A program made the position numbers and the translations under genes. This document shows, one piece after another, positions 1-7,873 of a stretch of 27,467 nt of DNA. The notes beneath the pieces are model-generated. The model saw only the letters and a list, made by a program, of their open reading frames with translations, searched no databases and was not told the DNA's origin. Positions within the stretch are counted from its first letter, which is position 1; the number at the start of each line of letters is the position of its first letter. This DNA is from a virus (lineage: Duplodnaviria; Caudoviricetes), in IMG/VR virus record IMGVR_UViG_3300048575_000466, positions 1 through 27,467 of that record; one strand, given 5' to 3'.

Positions 1-738
1 CTATGTTAGCGCGGTCTCGGCGGCGCGGATGCGCGCGGCGGCGAGGGTCGCGTAGTCGGGCGACAGTTCGACGCCGATGAAGCGGCGGCCCGTCTCCAGG
101 CAGGCTATGGCCGTGGTGCCGCCGCCGAGGAACGGGTCGAGCACCGTAGCCCCTTGGGCGCTTACGGCGAGCAGATCCTTGACCAGCTCCACCGGCTTGC
201 TCGTCAGGTGGACTTTCTTCCTCGGGTCCACGGCATAGTGAAACACCCCCGGGAAGCACCGGCGCGAGTGCGTTTGCATCTTGTCCTTGACGGCATGGAC
301 CACGAACTCCGCGTCGTGCCGGAAGGAGCCCCGCGTCGGCCGGGCGCTCGGTTTGTGCCAGACGAGAATCCCTTTCCATACCCAGCCGGCGGCTTGAATT
401 GCATCGGTCATGACCGGCAATTGCCGCCAGTCGCTAAAGACTAGGCAGGAAGCGCCTGGCCTGGCCAGTCGCCAGCACTCCCCGAGCCACAACGCCGCCC
501 ACATGACAAAGGCGCGTTGGTCTTTCAGATCGCCGAGCATGGGCGGGTAACGCTTTTGAGCGCCGGCGAGCTGATACTTCAAGGATGGGGCAGTCTGGCG
601 CGCGGCCAGGTGCAGGCCGCCGCTCGAATACGGCGGATCGGTGAGCACCATGTCCACCGATTCGGCCGGAAGTTCCGCGAGAATCGCCAGGGCGTCCCCT
701 GTGTGGAGCACGCCGTTGTCAAAGACCTGTGGAGACAC
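1..738 (-). CDS. Site-specific DNA methyltransferase (N6-A/N4-C, beta class), 245 aa, in the mom position
   Basis: Catalytic motif TDPPY near the N-terminus, SAM-binding VLDPFLGGGTT near the C-terminus, HLTSKPVEL; GTG start with AAGGA 8 nt upstream. Confidence 0.92.
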   Translation of the reverse strand: MSPQVFDNGVLHTGDALAILAELPAESVDMVLTDPPYSSGGLHLAARQTAPSLKYQLAGAQKRYPPMLGDLKDQRAFVMWAALWLGECWRLARPGASCLVFSDWRQLPVMTDAIQAAGWVWKGILVWHKPSARPTRGSFRHDAEFVVHAVKDKMQTHSRRCFPGVFHYAVDPRKKVHLTSKPVELVKDLLAVSAQGATVLDPFLGGGTTAIACLETGRRFIGVELSPDYATLAAARIRAAETALT

Positions 739-886
739 GCGAGCAATCCTTCTTTTCCCCTGGTTGGGGCGTTTCGGGGCTCGCGGCCCTCACGTGATTT
801 ATGGTGCGGCACCGGGGACATTTGATTTCGATGGTCCCGGTGCCCTTGGCCAGTAGACGTCCGCAGCTTCCGCAACGTATCTCCAT
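719..886 (-). CDS. com: Com-family zinc-finger translational regulator, 55 aa (absent from the ORF track)
   Basis: Manual translation MEIRCGSCGRLLAKGTGTIEIKCPRCRTINHVRAASPETPQPGEKKDCSRVSTGL*; CxxC...IEIKCPRCxxIN is the Mu Com pattern; the 3' end overlaps the methyltransferase GTG as com overlaps mom. Confidence 0.9.
   Translation of the reverse strand: MEIRCGSCGRLLAKGTGTIEIKCPRCRTINHVRAASPETPQPGEKKDCSRVSTGL
777..789 (-). promoter_or_regulatory. Putative Com-binding mRNA hairpin
   Basis: GGGC-CGCGA-GCCC stem-loop inside com, about 40 nt upstream of the methyltransferase GTG; position analogous to the Com target upstream of mom. Confidence 0.45.
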
Positions 887-944
887 GATTGCCTTTACAA
901 GGTTGGGCCGGAAGCGTTAGCCCTCTCATGCTCGTGCACGAGCT

Positions 945-1020
945 GGGAGCGCGGCTTCGGCCGTGGCGCGATGTTCGCGCATCGCGTCGGTGGGGCGGTG
1001 CCCGCCGCCCTGCCGCTCCT
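945..1020. ncRNA. Candidate cloverleaf structured RNA/leader upstream of com
   Basis: Closing stem 945-951/1014-1020 encloses hairpins 952-963 (cUUCGg on +), 967-986 (7 bp) and 993-1010 (6 bp). Confidence 0.45.
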
Positions 1021-1024
1021 CTTC

Positions 1025-1261
1025 TTAATATCTCGCTATCCGTTCTCCCCCTTCGTCCGCCTCGATGGACGCCCGGCAATGGCCGGGGCCGAAGACGGCG
1101 TCCAGGCAGCGCTCCAGGGCGCGGCCTGCGCGGCTGCCGGCGGCGGACGCCTTGCCTACGCGACTGGAGACGGTTTCATCGGGATCGCCGCCGGTCAGGA
1201 CGGAAAGGAACTGGTCCAGCCCCAGAAGGACATTCCAGAAATAGCGCGTGGCCTTGCTCAT
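1025..1261 (-). CDS. Small phage hypothetical protein, 78 aa (MSKATRYFWNVLLGLDQ...GDPDETVSSRVG...GHC)
   Basis: ATG at 1261 overlaps the upstream stop (ATGA); only the last 78 aa of track ORF 1025..1633 look protein-like. Confidence 0.75.
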   Translation of the reverse strand: MSKATRYFWNVLLGLDQFLSVLTGGDPDETVSSRVGKASAAGSRAGRALERCLDAVFGPGHCRASIEADEGGERIARY

Positions 1262-1788
1262 AACTGGAAAACTCCGGCCTTTATTTGCTGCAAGCGCTCG
1301 TCGCTTACGATGTAGGCCTTTTCCCGGAGCATCCGCAGGGAGTTTTCCGTAAGCTGGTCGGCCATGTTCACGTAGCCGACGGCCCGGATGAAGGCCCACA
1401 TGCGGCGCACGTCGGCGTCCGTGGCCTCGGCGGCCAGGACGGCGTCCAGTTCGTCCTGGGTGAACAGGCGCATGAACTCGGCCGGGGTGAAGGTGCCCGG
1501 TGTGGCCTGTGCCGGGGTCGGCGGGTTGGCCGCCCACTCCAGAACCGCCGCCCAGGAATCCGGGAACGGCAACATGCGTTGCGTCTCCCCCTCTTCGAGC
1601 ACTGCCGCCGGATAGCCCGGGAATGCCGGGCAAACGCCGACAGCCAAGGCATGCTTGCTGATGATACGCGCTGTGTCGGCCCCTACTGTCACGGTCACGT
1701 CGTCGCCTTCGGGGATGGCGACGCCGAGGGATGCCAGGAGATTTCGCGATGCTGCGGCCATTTCGCTATGCAAAAGGATGATGTCCAT
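1258..1788 (-). CDS. Hypothetical tail-module protein, possible fibre chaperone, 176 aa
   Basis: ATG at 1788 coupled to the upstream TAA (TAATG); MDIILLHSEM...; lies directly after the glycine-rich gene. Confidence 0.7.
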   Translation of the reverse strand: MDIILLHSEMAAASRNLLASLGVAIPEGDDVTVTVGADTARIISKHALAVGVCPAFPGYPAAVLEEGETQRMLPFPDSWAAVLEWAANPPTPAQATPGTFTPAEFMRLFTQDELDAVLAAEATDADVRRMWAFIRAVGYVNMADQLTENSLRMLREKAYIVSDERLQQIKAGVFQL

Positions 1789-2900
1789 TAGGTCCATCCC
1801 ATTTGGGCAAAGGTTTTGGTCACAACGGAGCCGGCCCCACCAGCATAGGCACCGCTGCCGGCGGATGCGCCGCCATTCGCCGTCGTGTTTCCGGCACCGG
1901 CCGTGCTGCCCCCGCAAATTTGAGACACATGCCCCCCGCCGGATGCACCGCCGTTGGCTTTGTAACTGCCAACGGTGCACGCAACGCCTGCGACGCCATT
2001 GGCCTCTATGGAATCGGTACTGTTTCTGGTTATGTTGCCGCGGCAGATAATAAAGAGGTCGCCACCTGTTCCGTCGTTGCCCGCAGGGCCGCCGGACGTG
2101 GAGCCTTTTCCGCCAGGATTGCCTGTTCCGCCGGCGGCGGCGCAGCCGCTGTTGTAGTAAAAGCCATCGCCGCCTGGCCCTCCGTAGTTGTCGGCCTGCG
2201 GACCACCAACCGGGGTGCCGCCGCGGCTGGCGCAAGCGCCTCCTCCACCCGACCCGCCGCCCCATGGCGTGCCATTGCCAGGCCATCCGCACCCCATATT
2301 GTAGGGTGCACCGGCACCACCGGAACCCGTTCCGCCATTTGCGCCGGCGATGCCCCCATATATCCCCGTGCCGACGTTCCCGCAGCCCAATGCAGAGAGA
2401 AGAGCGACACTTCCGGCTGTTATGCTTGCACGGCAGTCCCCTATTTCTGGATCAGGGAACGCCCAAAAAACAGGATCGCCGATCCAGATGCCGTTTTGCT
2501 TGATGTAGTCGATAACGGCGCGCTGGGAGCTATGCTTCGCGGAAAGACGTACCGATTGCGGAATAGTGATGTCGTAACGCGGCCATTTTGCCGAGCCGGC
2601 GGCCCCTCTCGCGGTCATGGAAATTTTACCAGATGCCCCCATCACCAGCGAGTCGCACAGAATCATCAGGCCACGGCACCGCTGGGTCGTGGTCAGCAGG
2701 GCGTTGACTGTCAGCGCGCCATACCGAACAACTTTCATCGGCCCGTCTTGCACGGTGTCAATGTTGGTCGCCGTGGCAATGGTCACGTCTCCTAGGCTGG
2801 GATAGAAATCGAACAGCGGAGCCGCGAGAGAGCCAGGGGGCGCGATGGAAATGTCTTGCGTCCATGTGGCCTGGTTTCCGGGATAACGCGAAATGGCCAT
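1788..2900 (-). CDS. Glycine-rich putative tail adhesin/receptor-binding protein, 370 aa
   Basis: Repeated GGxGGG-type segments in the C-terminal half; located in the fibre module; lower GC (33/60 in two sampled lines). Confidence 0.7.
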   Translation of the reverse strand: MAISRYPGNQATWTQDISIAPPGSLAAPLFDFYPSLGDVTIATATNIDTVQDGPMKVVRYGALTVNALLTTTQRCRGLMILCDSLVMGASGKISMTARGAAGSAKWPRYDITIPQSVRLSAKHSSQRAVIDYIKQNGIWIGDPVFWAFPDPEIGDCRASITAGSVALLSALGCGNVGTGIYGGIAGANGGTGSGGAGAPYNMGCGWPGNGTPWGGGSGGGGACASRGGTPVGGPQADNYGGPGGDGFYYNSGCAAAGGTGNPGGKGSTSGGPAGNDGTGGDLFIICRGNITRNSTDSIEANGVAGVACTVGSYKANGGASGGGHVSQICGGSTAGAGNTTANGGASAGSGAYAGGAGSVVTKTFAQMGWT

Positions 2901-2903
2901 AGG

Positions 2904-3227
2904 CTACCCCTCGTCTCCCGAAGCCAGGAAGGACACGGCCGCCGCGCTGGACAGCGCCCGCAGTTTGTCCGGCGTGGGGCTGGCGGCGAGGCACACCTTG
3001 GTGTCGATGTGCACGGATTCGCCGGGGTCCAAAGTCCCTATGAACACCGTGCTTTTGATTGCGCCGGTGCTGTCGGTGAGCGTCACCGCGACGTCGGCGG
3101 CGTCCGGCGCGCCGTGGTTGCAGACGATCAGGCCGATGACGGCCACTTCGAGGGTGGGCGTCGGCACGACGAAATCCGTGACGACGCCGGCCGCCACTTG
3201 CGGCAGGGTCCAGGGTCTTAGCGCCAT
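2904..3227 (-). CDS. Hypothetical beta-rich tail-module protein, 107 aa (MALRPWTLPQ...)
   Basis: AGGAGG upstream of ATG 3227; it is the only protein-like portion of track ORF 2904..5504. Confidence 0.75.
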   Translation of the reverse strand: MALRPWTLPQVAAGVVTDFVVPTPTLEVAVIGLIVCNHGAPDAADVAVTLTDSTGAIKSTVFIGTLDPGESVHIDTKVCLAASPTPDKLRALSSAAAVSFLASGDEG

Positions 3228-3238
3228 GGGTGGGCCTC

Positions 3239-3775
3239 CTATCCGAATATGATGGCCAGCCGTCTGGCCATGGACACGTCGCCGGGCGGGCCGGTTTCGC
3301 CCCGGTCGCCCTTGTCTCCCTTCTCGCCCGTATCGCCTTTTGCGCCTTGCTCGCCTTGGAGCCCTTGGGGGCCTTGCTCGCCGGTGTCGCCTTTCTCCCC
3401 TCTCTCGCCAGTGTCCCCCTTGTCGCCCTTCGGGCCGGGCAGGCCCTGGGGGCCGGTGATGGCCGTCTGGGCGCGGGGACCGATACACACGTCGCAATCC
3501 GCATTGGGGATGGCCAGAAAGCGGATGATGCTGCCGCCCAGGGGATCGGTGACGGTGAAGGCGTAGGCGCTGCCTTCGGTGCCAAGCTCGTTGGGAAACA
3601 TGCGCAGCACGACCCGGCCGTTGGCGTCGGTCACGCCCTGCACCAGGCCCGGGACTTCCAGTCCCTGGTAGCGCTCGGTCGTGGTCAGGACGGCCTTGAC
3701 CGTGGCGTTCGCCACGGGCTGGCCCTGGCCGTCCAGATAGCGGACCGTTGCCGCGATGGTGGGGATGGCGCTCAC
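3239..3775 (-). CDS. Collagen-like (Gly-X-Y)20 tail fibre/whisker protein, 178 aa
   Basis: Twenty contiguous Gly-X-Y triplets (aa 108-167) after a roughly 100-aa N-terminal domain; GTG start. Confidence 0.85.
   Translation of the reverse strand: MSAIPTIAATVRYLDGQGQPVANATVKAVLTTTERYQGLEVPGLVQGVTDANGRVVLRMFPNELGTEGSAYAFTVTDPLGGSIIRFLAIPNADCDVCIGPRAQTAITGPQGLPGPKGDKGDTGERGEKGDTGEQGPQGLQGEQGAKGDTGEKGDKGDRGETGPPGDVSMARRLAIIFG
3275..3454 (-). repeat. Collagen triplet repeat (9-bp periodic coding repeat)
   Basis: [60 protein letters not shown]. Confidence 0.9.
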
Positions 3776-3778
3776 GGC

Positions 3779-4486
3779 CTACTCCAGGACGGGCCAGGCC
3801 AGGGCGTCGCACACGGCCTGGACGGCCTCGGGGGTTTGGGCTTCGCGCACGCGCTTCTTGGCGGCCAGGCGCACGGCCTCGATGGCCGCGCCCATGGCGT
3901 GCCAGGAGCGGGACATGGCCAGGATGGCCTCGGCCACGGCCCGGGGCGTGGCGGCGGTGATGCCGACCTCGCCGGCAATGAGCGGATAGGCGGCCGGATC
4001 GGGGTCCGTGGCCGCCAGATACGCCGTCGCCTGGGCTTCCTTGGCCTGGTAGGTCATGGCCCGGCCGGGGGTGAGGCTGATGTAGGGGGCGAGCTGGGCG
4101 TCGGCCTGGGCATCGATGACCGCCTCGCCGTCGGCGCGGATCGCGGCCATGTCCGGCTGCCAGGACGCGCCGTCCCAGGTGTGGCGGGCGCTCGGCGGCG
4201 GGGTCGCGGTGTAGCCCTCGGGAAGCGGGCCGAGGCTTTGCACGGTCGCGGCCTGCCGGGTGGCGGTGTCGTAGACCACCGCGCCCCGGTGGTCCTCCAC
4301 CACGCGCCAGGTCTGGCCGTCGAACACGGCGGCCTGGCTCGCGGCCAGCGTGGGCGGGACCACGTCGGTGGCGTTGGCCGGGCGCAGGTAGTTGGGCTGG
4401 CCGTCGATCAGGGGCCGGGCCGGGGACAGGCGCGGCGAAATAGGCCCGGTGTACACGCCGGATGCGTCGTAACAGTACAGGATCAT
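3779..4486 (-). CDS. Tail fibre assembly protein (Tfa-like), 235 aa
   Basis: PANAT..PP, WRVVEDHRGAVVY, LGPLPEGYT..PP...WDG..W motifs typical of Tfa; follows the fibre gene. Confidence 0.85.
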   Translation of the reverse strand: MILYCYDASGVYTGPISPRLSPARPLIDGQPNYLRPANATDVVPPTLAASQAAVFDGQTWRVVEDHRGAVVYDTATRQAATVQSLGPLPEGYTATPPPSARHTWDGASWQPDMAAIRADGEAVIDAQADAQLAPYISLTPGRAMTYQAKEAQATAYLAATDPDPAAYPLIAGEVGITAATPRAVAEAILAMSRSWHAMGAAIEAVRLAAKKRVREAQTPEAVQAVCDALAWPVLE

Positions 4487-4489
4487 GGG

Positions 4490-5197
4490 CTACCTCCAGC
4501 GGATGAGGAACATGAGGGCGAGGTTTTTCATGCGGGTTTCCAGGCCCTGGGGCACGGTGTCGAACTTGGCGGGCTGGATGGCGTCGGAAGTCACGGCGAA
4601 GTCGCAGGAATAGACGTTGTAGGCCGTTCCCGACTTGTTCCAGGCCTGATAGTCCAGGAGCGCCGAAGAGCCTTGCGCGCCGCCGCCGTTGCCCAGGGGG
4701 TGGTTGTGCTTTTTCACGGCGTCTTCCTGGGTGGAGCCCACGTGGTCGCCGCCGACGCGCAGGGCGGCGTCCGGGTCCACGCCGGCTCCGTGGTCCCAGC
4801 CGCGCGGCACGCGGCCGCGCAGGTTCGGCAGCTTGAAATAGCCCGTGGTGGCCGGGCCGAAGAGATCGCCGATTACGTCGTAAAGCGGCTGGTAATCCAC
4901 CCGGAGCAGCGACGCGCCGTCGCATTCCATCCAATCGCCGTTGGCGGGCAGGGTCTCGCTCGGCCAGAGCTTGATTTCCCCGATCTCGCCGGAGCCGGAC
5001 AGCTGGTTGATGGCCTGGCGCAACTGGTCGAAATTTCCTTTTTGAAGCGTGATGCCCGCCGCTTCGATGACCTTGGCCAGGTTTTCCTGGACGTCGTTGA
5101 GCCAGGCGGCCGTGACCACCGTGGCCATCTGCGGCACCGAGGGATCGCCCTCGGTGAAAAGGCTGTTCACGGCTCCGGGGCCGTCGATTCTGTGCAT
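4490..5197 (-). CDS. Short tail fibre protein with tail collar domain, 235 aa
   Basis: Mu gpS-like N-terminus (MHRID...FTEGDP...TVVTAAWLNDVQENL), collar motifs WMECDG and FKLPNLRGRVPRGWD, C-terminal ETRMKNLALMFLIR; GGAGG before ATG 5197. Confidence 0.88.
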   Translation of the reverse strand: MHRIDGPGAVNSLFTEGDPSVPQMATVVTAAWLNDVQENLAKVIEAAGITLQKGNFDQLRQAINQLSGSGEIGEIKLWPSETLPANGDWMECDGASLLRVDYQPLYDVIGDLFGPATTGYFKLPNLRGRVPRGWDHGAGVDPDAALRVGGDHVGSTQEDAVKKHNHPLGNGGGAQGSSALLDYQAWNKSGTAYNVYSCDFAVTSDAIQPAKFDTVPQGLETRMKNLALMFLIRWR

Positions 5198-5202
5198 GGC
5201 GG

Positions 5203-5823
5203 TTATCCTCCGTAGGCAAAGTGGACCATGGTGTGGGCCGGGGCGGCGTTGCGGATGGCGCATTCCAGAAGCTGGTTGCTCCAGCTGACCAGCGGCTCGC
5301 CCGCGCCGCTGACGCCGGCGCGAAAGACCGTTGTGGGCTCACCCGAGGCGTGGACCATCCAGACGTATTGCCAGAGCGCGCCCTGGCGCAGGGAGCGCCC
5401 GGCGCGCCAGCCGGCGGAAAAAAGCGTTTCGTAGTTGCTGATGCGCTCGCCGGCGCGGGAGTGGCCGGCCTTGAACTGGCCGAACTCTTCGATGCTGACG
5501 GCATAGCCCAGCTGGGCGGCCAGCCAAATAAAATAGGCCCGGTTGATGGCCGCGCGCTCGGCCAGGGCGATGGCCAAAAGCGCCAGGCGCTCCTGGAGCA
5601 AAAGCCCCTGCTGACGGCAGTCGCCGGGCAGGCCGTAGACGCGTTCGTAGTCCTCCAGCCACTCCAGGGCGGCCAGGGGCGTCAGGCCACGCAAGGGATC
5701 GAGGCCGACGGCCAGCGCCCTGTCGAGGGCCGCGCCGTCGGCGGCCAGCTCGTCCACGACCTGGCCGGCGGGTGCGTAGCTCGACGGCAACAGCGCCTGG
5801 AGCAAGGCGGCATGGCCGGCCAT
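5203..5823 (-). CDS. Baseplate protein, Mu gp48/YmfQ (DUF2313)-like, 206 aa
   Basis: LQALLP, LEDYERVYGLP and LECAIRNAAPAHTMVHFAY motifs; ATG coupled to the gp47 stop (TGATG). Confidence 0.88.
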   Translation of the reverse strand: MAGHAALLQALLPSSYAPAGQVVDELAADGAALDRALAVGLDPLRGLTPLAALEWLEDYERVYGLPGDCRQQGLLLQERLALLAIALAERAAINRAYFIWLAAQLGYAVSIEEFGQFKAGHSRAGERISNYETLFSAGWRAGRSLRQGALWQYVWMVHASGEPTTVFRAGVSGAGEPLVSWSNQLLECAIRNAAPAHTMVHFAYGG

Positions 5824-6887
5824 CACAGCGCCTCCGCTTCGACCAGGCCCAGGCGGGGCCATTCCAGGCGCTGGGCGTCCACCACGGCCACGAAGTTGGC
5901 TTGGGGCACCCGCACCTGGCGGTCGATGACGCCGGGCAGGCTGGACGACACGGCTTCGATCTTCGAGCGGTAGACCACGCCGCCGGGCGGCACGTCGGCC
6001 AGGACGTCGGCGAGGGCGTCCTGGAGCTGCGCGGTGTAGAGGGCCAGGGTCGTGACGGCCGGGTCCAGGCGCACGGCCACCTTGACCAGGACGTTGACGG
6101 GTGTGGGCGACAGTACCCAGGTATCCTTGCAGGCGGCCGGGCGGTTTTCGTCCACCACGGCCTGGGCGGCGGCGATGGCCGACGGCGCGGCCGGTCCGTC
6201 CGGACCGAGCACGGCCACGTCCACGGTGCCCAGGCCCCGGCGGTTGGGAAAGGTCCAGGCGCGCGAGATGCCGGCCACGGTCAGCGCCCAGCGCCGGTAA
6301 TCGTAGACATTGCCGCCGCCGGGCGGGTGCTGCATGTAGTCCAGCAACCGGGCCAGGAGCGCGGCGTCTGTCTCGGCGGCCACGCCGCCGGAAAGGGTCA
6401 GCCCGGCCTGGGATAGTATGCCTTCCGGGGCCTGGACGAAGAGCACCGGCTCGCCGGTGAAGACGGGCGTCACGCCGGCTTTTGCGGCGGCCACGGACGC
6501 GACGGCCCGGCCGTCCGCGCCGAGGATGGCCTGGGCGGTGGTTAAAAAGGTCAGGCCCGTGGCCACGTGACGCACGGTCTCGCCAGCGGGCAGGACCGCG
6601 CCGGGCGTGCCCTGGACGACCAGCTCGCCGCTGGCCGCGATGGCGGGTTTGCGGGTGATGCCGCGCAAGGCGGCGTGGCGCTCCAGGTATTCCGGGTCGG
6701 CGGTATCGGGCAGCACCTGCCGGGCGATCCACAACTGGTGCTGATACAGCCCGTCCACGGCGGCGGCCACGGCCGTTGCGCGGATGTAAAAGTCGCTGTC
6801 CGCGTCCACGGCCGCATCCGGCAGCTGGTTGCGGATGTCGCGCAGGTATGCGGCGCGGATGTCCTCGAAGCCGGGGATGGAATACAT
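5823..6887 (-). CDS. Baseplate J-like protein, Mu gp47, 354 aa
   Basis: WIARQVLPDTADPEYLERHA, ETDAALLARLL, PPGGGNVYDYRRWAL, RRGLGTVDV motifs. Confidence 0.93.
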   Translation of the reverse strand: MYSIPGFEDIRAAYLRDIRNQLPDAAVDADSDFYIRATAVAAAVDGLYQHQLWIARQVLPDTADPEYLERHAALRGITRKPAIAASGELVVQGTPGAVLPAGETVRHVATGLTFLTTAQAILGADGRAVASVAAAKAGVTPVFTGEPVLFVQAPEGILSQAGLTLSGGVAAETDAALLARLLDYMQHPPGGGNVYDYRRWALTVAGISRAWTFPNRRGLGTVDVAVLGPDGPAAPSAIAAAQAVVDENRPAACKDTWVLSPTPVNVLVKVAVRLDPAVTTLALYTAQLQDALADVLADVPPGGVVYRSKIEAVSSSLPGVIDRQVRVPQANFVAVVDAQRLEWPRLGLVEAEAL

Positions 6888-6889
6888 GG

Positions 6890-7246
6890 TCAGGCCACCC
6901 GCACCGGATGCTGGAAGGTGGCTTGGCGGCCCAGTGCGTCCACGACGGTGATGCAGAGCAGGCACCGGCCGTCGTGGGGCTGTTCGGAAGTCACGTCTAT
7001 GGAGCGCGCCCGGCCGTCATCCAGGAGGGGTTGCAGGGCGGCGGCGGCGTATTGCCGCGCCAGCTTGCCGATGCGCGGCAAGTCCTTGGAGCGCGCCAGC
7101 TCATGCAGCCGCGACCCGATGGACGGGTCCGCCCACCAGGAACCGAGCGGCGTGGCGAGGCGAATATAGACGGCGTTTCCCAGGTGGTTTATCCTGGTTT
7201 GCAAATATTCGCCGCTGTATGGATCAATGCCTTGGTCGATGCCCAT
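6890..7246 (-). CDS. Baseplate protein, Mu gp46-like, 118 aa
   Basis: TPLGSWWADPSIGSRLHELARSK and YAAAALQPLLDDGRA motifs; start set at ATG 7246. Confidence 0.9.
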   Translation of the reverse strand: MGIDQGIDPYSGEYLQTRINHLGNAVYIRLATPLGSWWADPSIGSRLHELARSKDLPRIGKLARQYAAAALQPLLDDGRARSIDVTSEQPHDGRCLLCITVVDALGRQATFQHPVRVA

Positions 7247-7298
7247 GGCCGCCACCTTAGTGGCGGTGCGGGGTGGTGGGATAGGTGAAGGGGTTCAG
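7247..7298 (-). promoter_or_regulatory. Putative activator-dependent late promoter, copy 1 (before gp46)
   Basis: CTGAACCCCTTCACCTATC-N13-CCGCCAC-TAAG-GTGGCGG-CC-ATG; same 19-mer and spacing as 19731-19782. Confidence 0.8.
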
Positions 7299-7329
7299 TT
7301 ACGACTATAGATATGTGGGAGAATATGCT

Positions 7330-7845
7330 ATGTCTGTTGAATTGAGAGTGTTTGGAGATTTTCCACTTCAGACGACAATAGATGAGAGAGTGAGGACGAT
7401 AGAAAGTATTGATGTAAGGGCTTTTACTTGTTCATCTTCAATAAAAGACATAATCAATTCGTGTGGTTGTTACGTATTTTGTATGCGACATGGAGAAAAT
7501 GTTAAGCCATGGTATGTCGGGAAGGCGACAGTTTCGTTTCGGCAAGAATGTTTTACTCCTCATAAAATAGCAAAATACAACAAAGCATTGGCTCTTAAGC
7601 CAAGGGCGTTGCCATGCATGTTCTTTGTTGCAAGATCCAACGGCGATGCCCTTTCGGAGAGAATAATTGGTGAGATAGAAAAATTTTTAATTGCAAAAGC
7701 ACTTGTTCAAAACAAAAAGATTCTTAATAGGCATCATACAGGCGAGCCTGAGTGGAGAATCTCAGGCGCAGTTAGAGCTAGGCCTGGTGAGTCTAGCCGG
7801 GCAAGCTCATTATTTAGCACAGCTCTGGGATTAACTGGCAGGTAG
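7330..7845 (+). CDS. GIY-YIG-like nuclease, 171 aa, AT-rich moron gene 1
   Basis: GCYVF-x9-WYVGKA-x4-R, then EIEKFLI and ILN, matching GIY-YIG Tyr/Arg/Glu/Asn motifs; GGGAGA 7 nt before ATG 7330; 23/60 GC in a sampled line. Confidence 0.72.
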   Translation: MSVELRVFGDFPLQTTIDERVRTIESIDVRAFTCSSSIKDIINSCGCYVFCMRHGENVKPWYVGKATVSFRQECFTPHKIAKYNKALALKPRALPCMFFVARSNGDALSERIIGEIEKFLIAKALVQNKKILNRHHTGEPEWRISGAVRARPGESSRASSLFSTALGLTGR

Positions 7846-7873
7846 TTTGAGCAGCTAGTTCCAGGGAGGGAGT

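Noticed and set aside
945-1020. tRNA gene (76-nt cloverleaf)
   Set aside because: No T-loop GTTCRA in the right position, no D-loop GG, no 7-nt anticodon loop and no CCA; arm lengths do not fit.
1025-5197. Gin-type inversion or diversity-generating retroelement in the fibre region
   Set aside because: No invertase, reverse transcriptase, inverted fibre gene or template/variable repeat pair was seen in the window.
2904-5504. 866-aa minus-strand ORF
   Set aside because: Arg/Pro/Gly-rich off-frame shadow over real genes; only the last 107 codons, which have their own RBS, look genuine.
7285-7329. Track start at GTG 7285 for the nuclease gene
   Set aside because: It lies inside the late-promoter 19-mer; ATG 7330 has a proper RBS.
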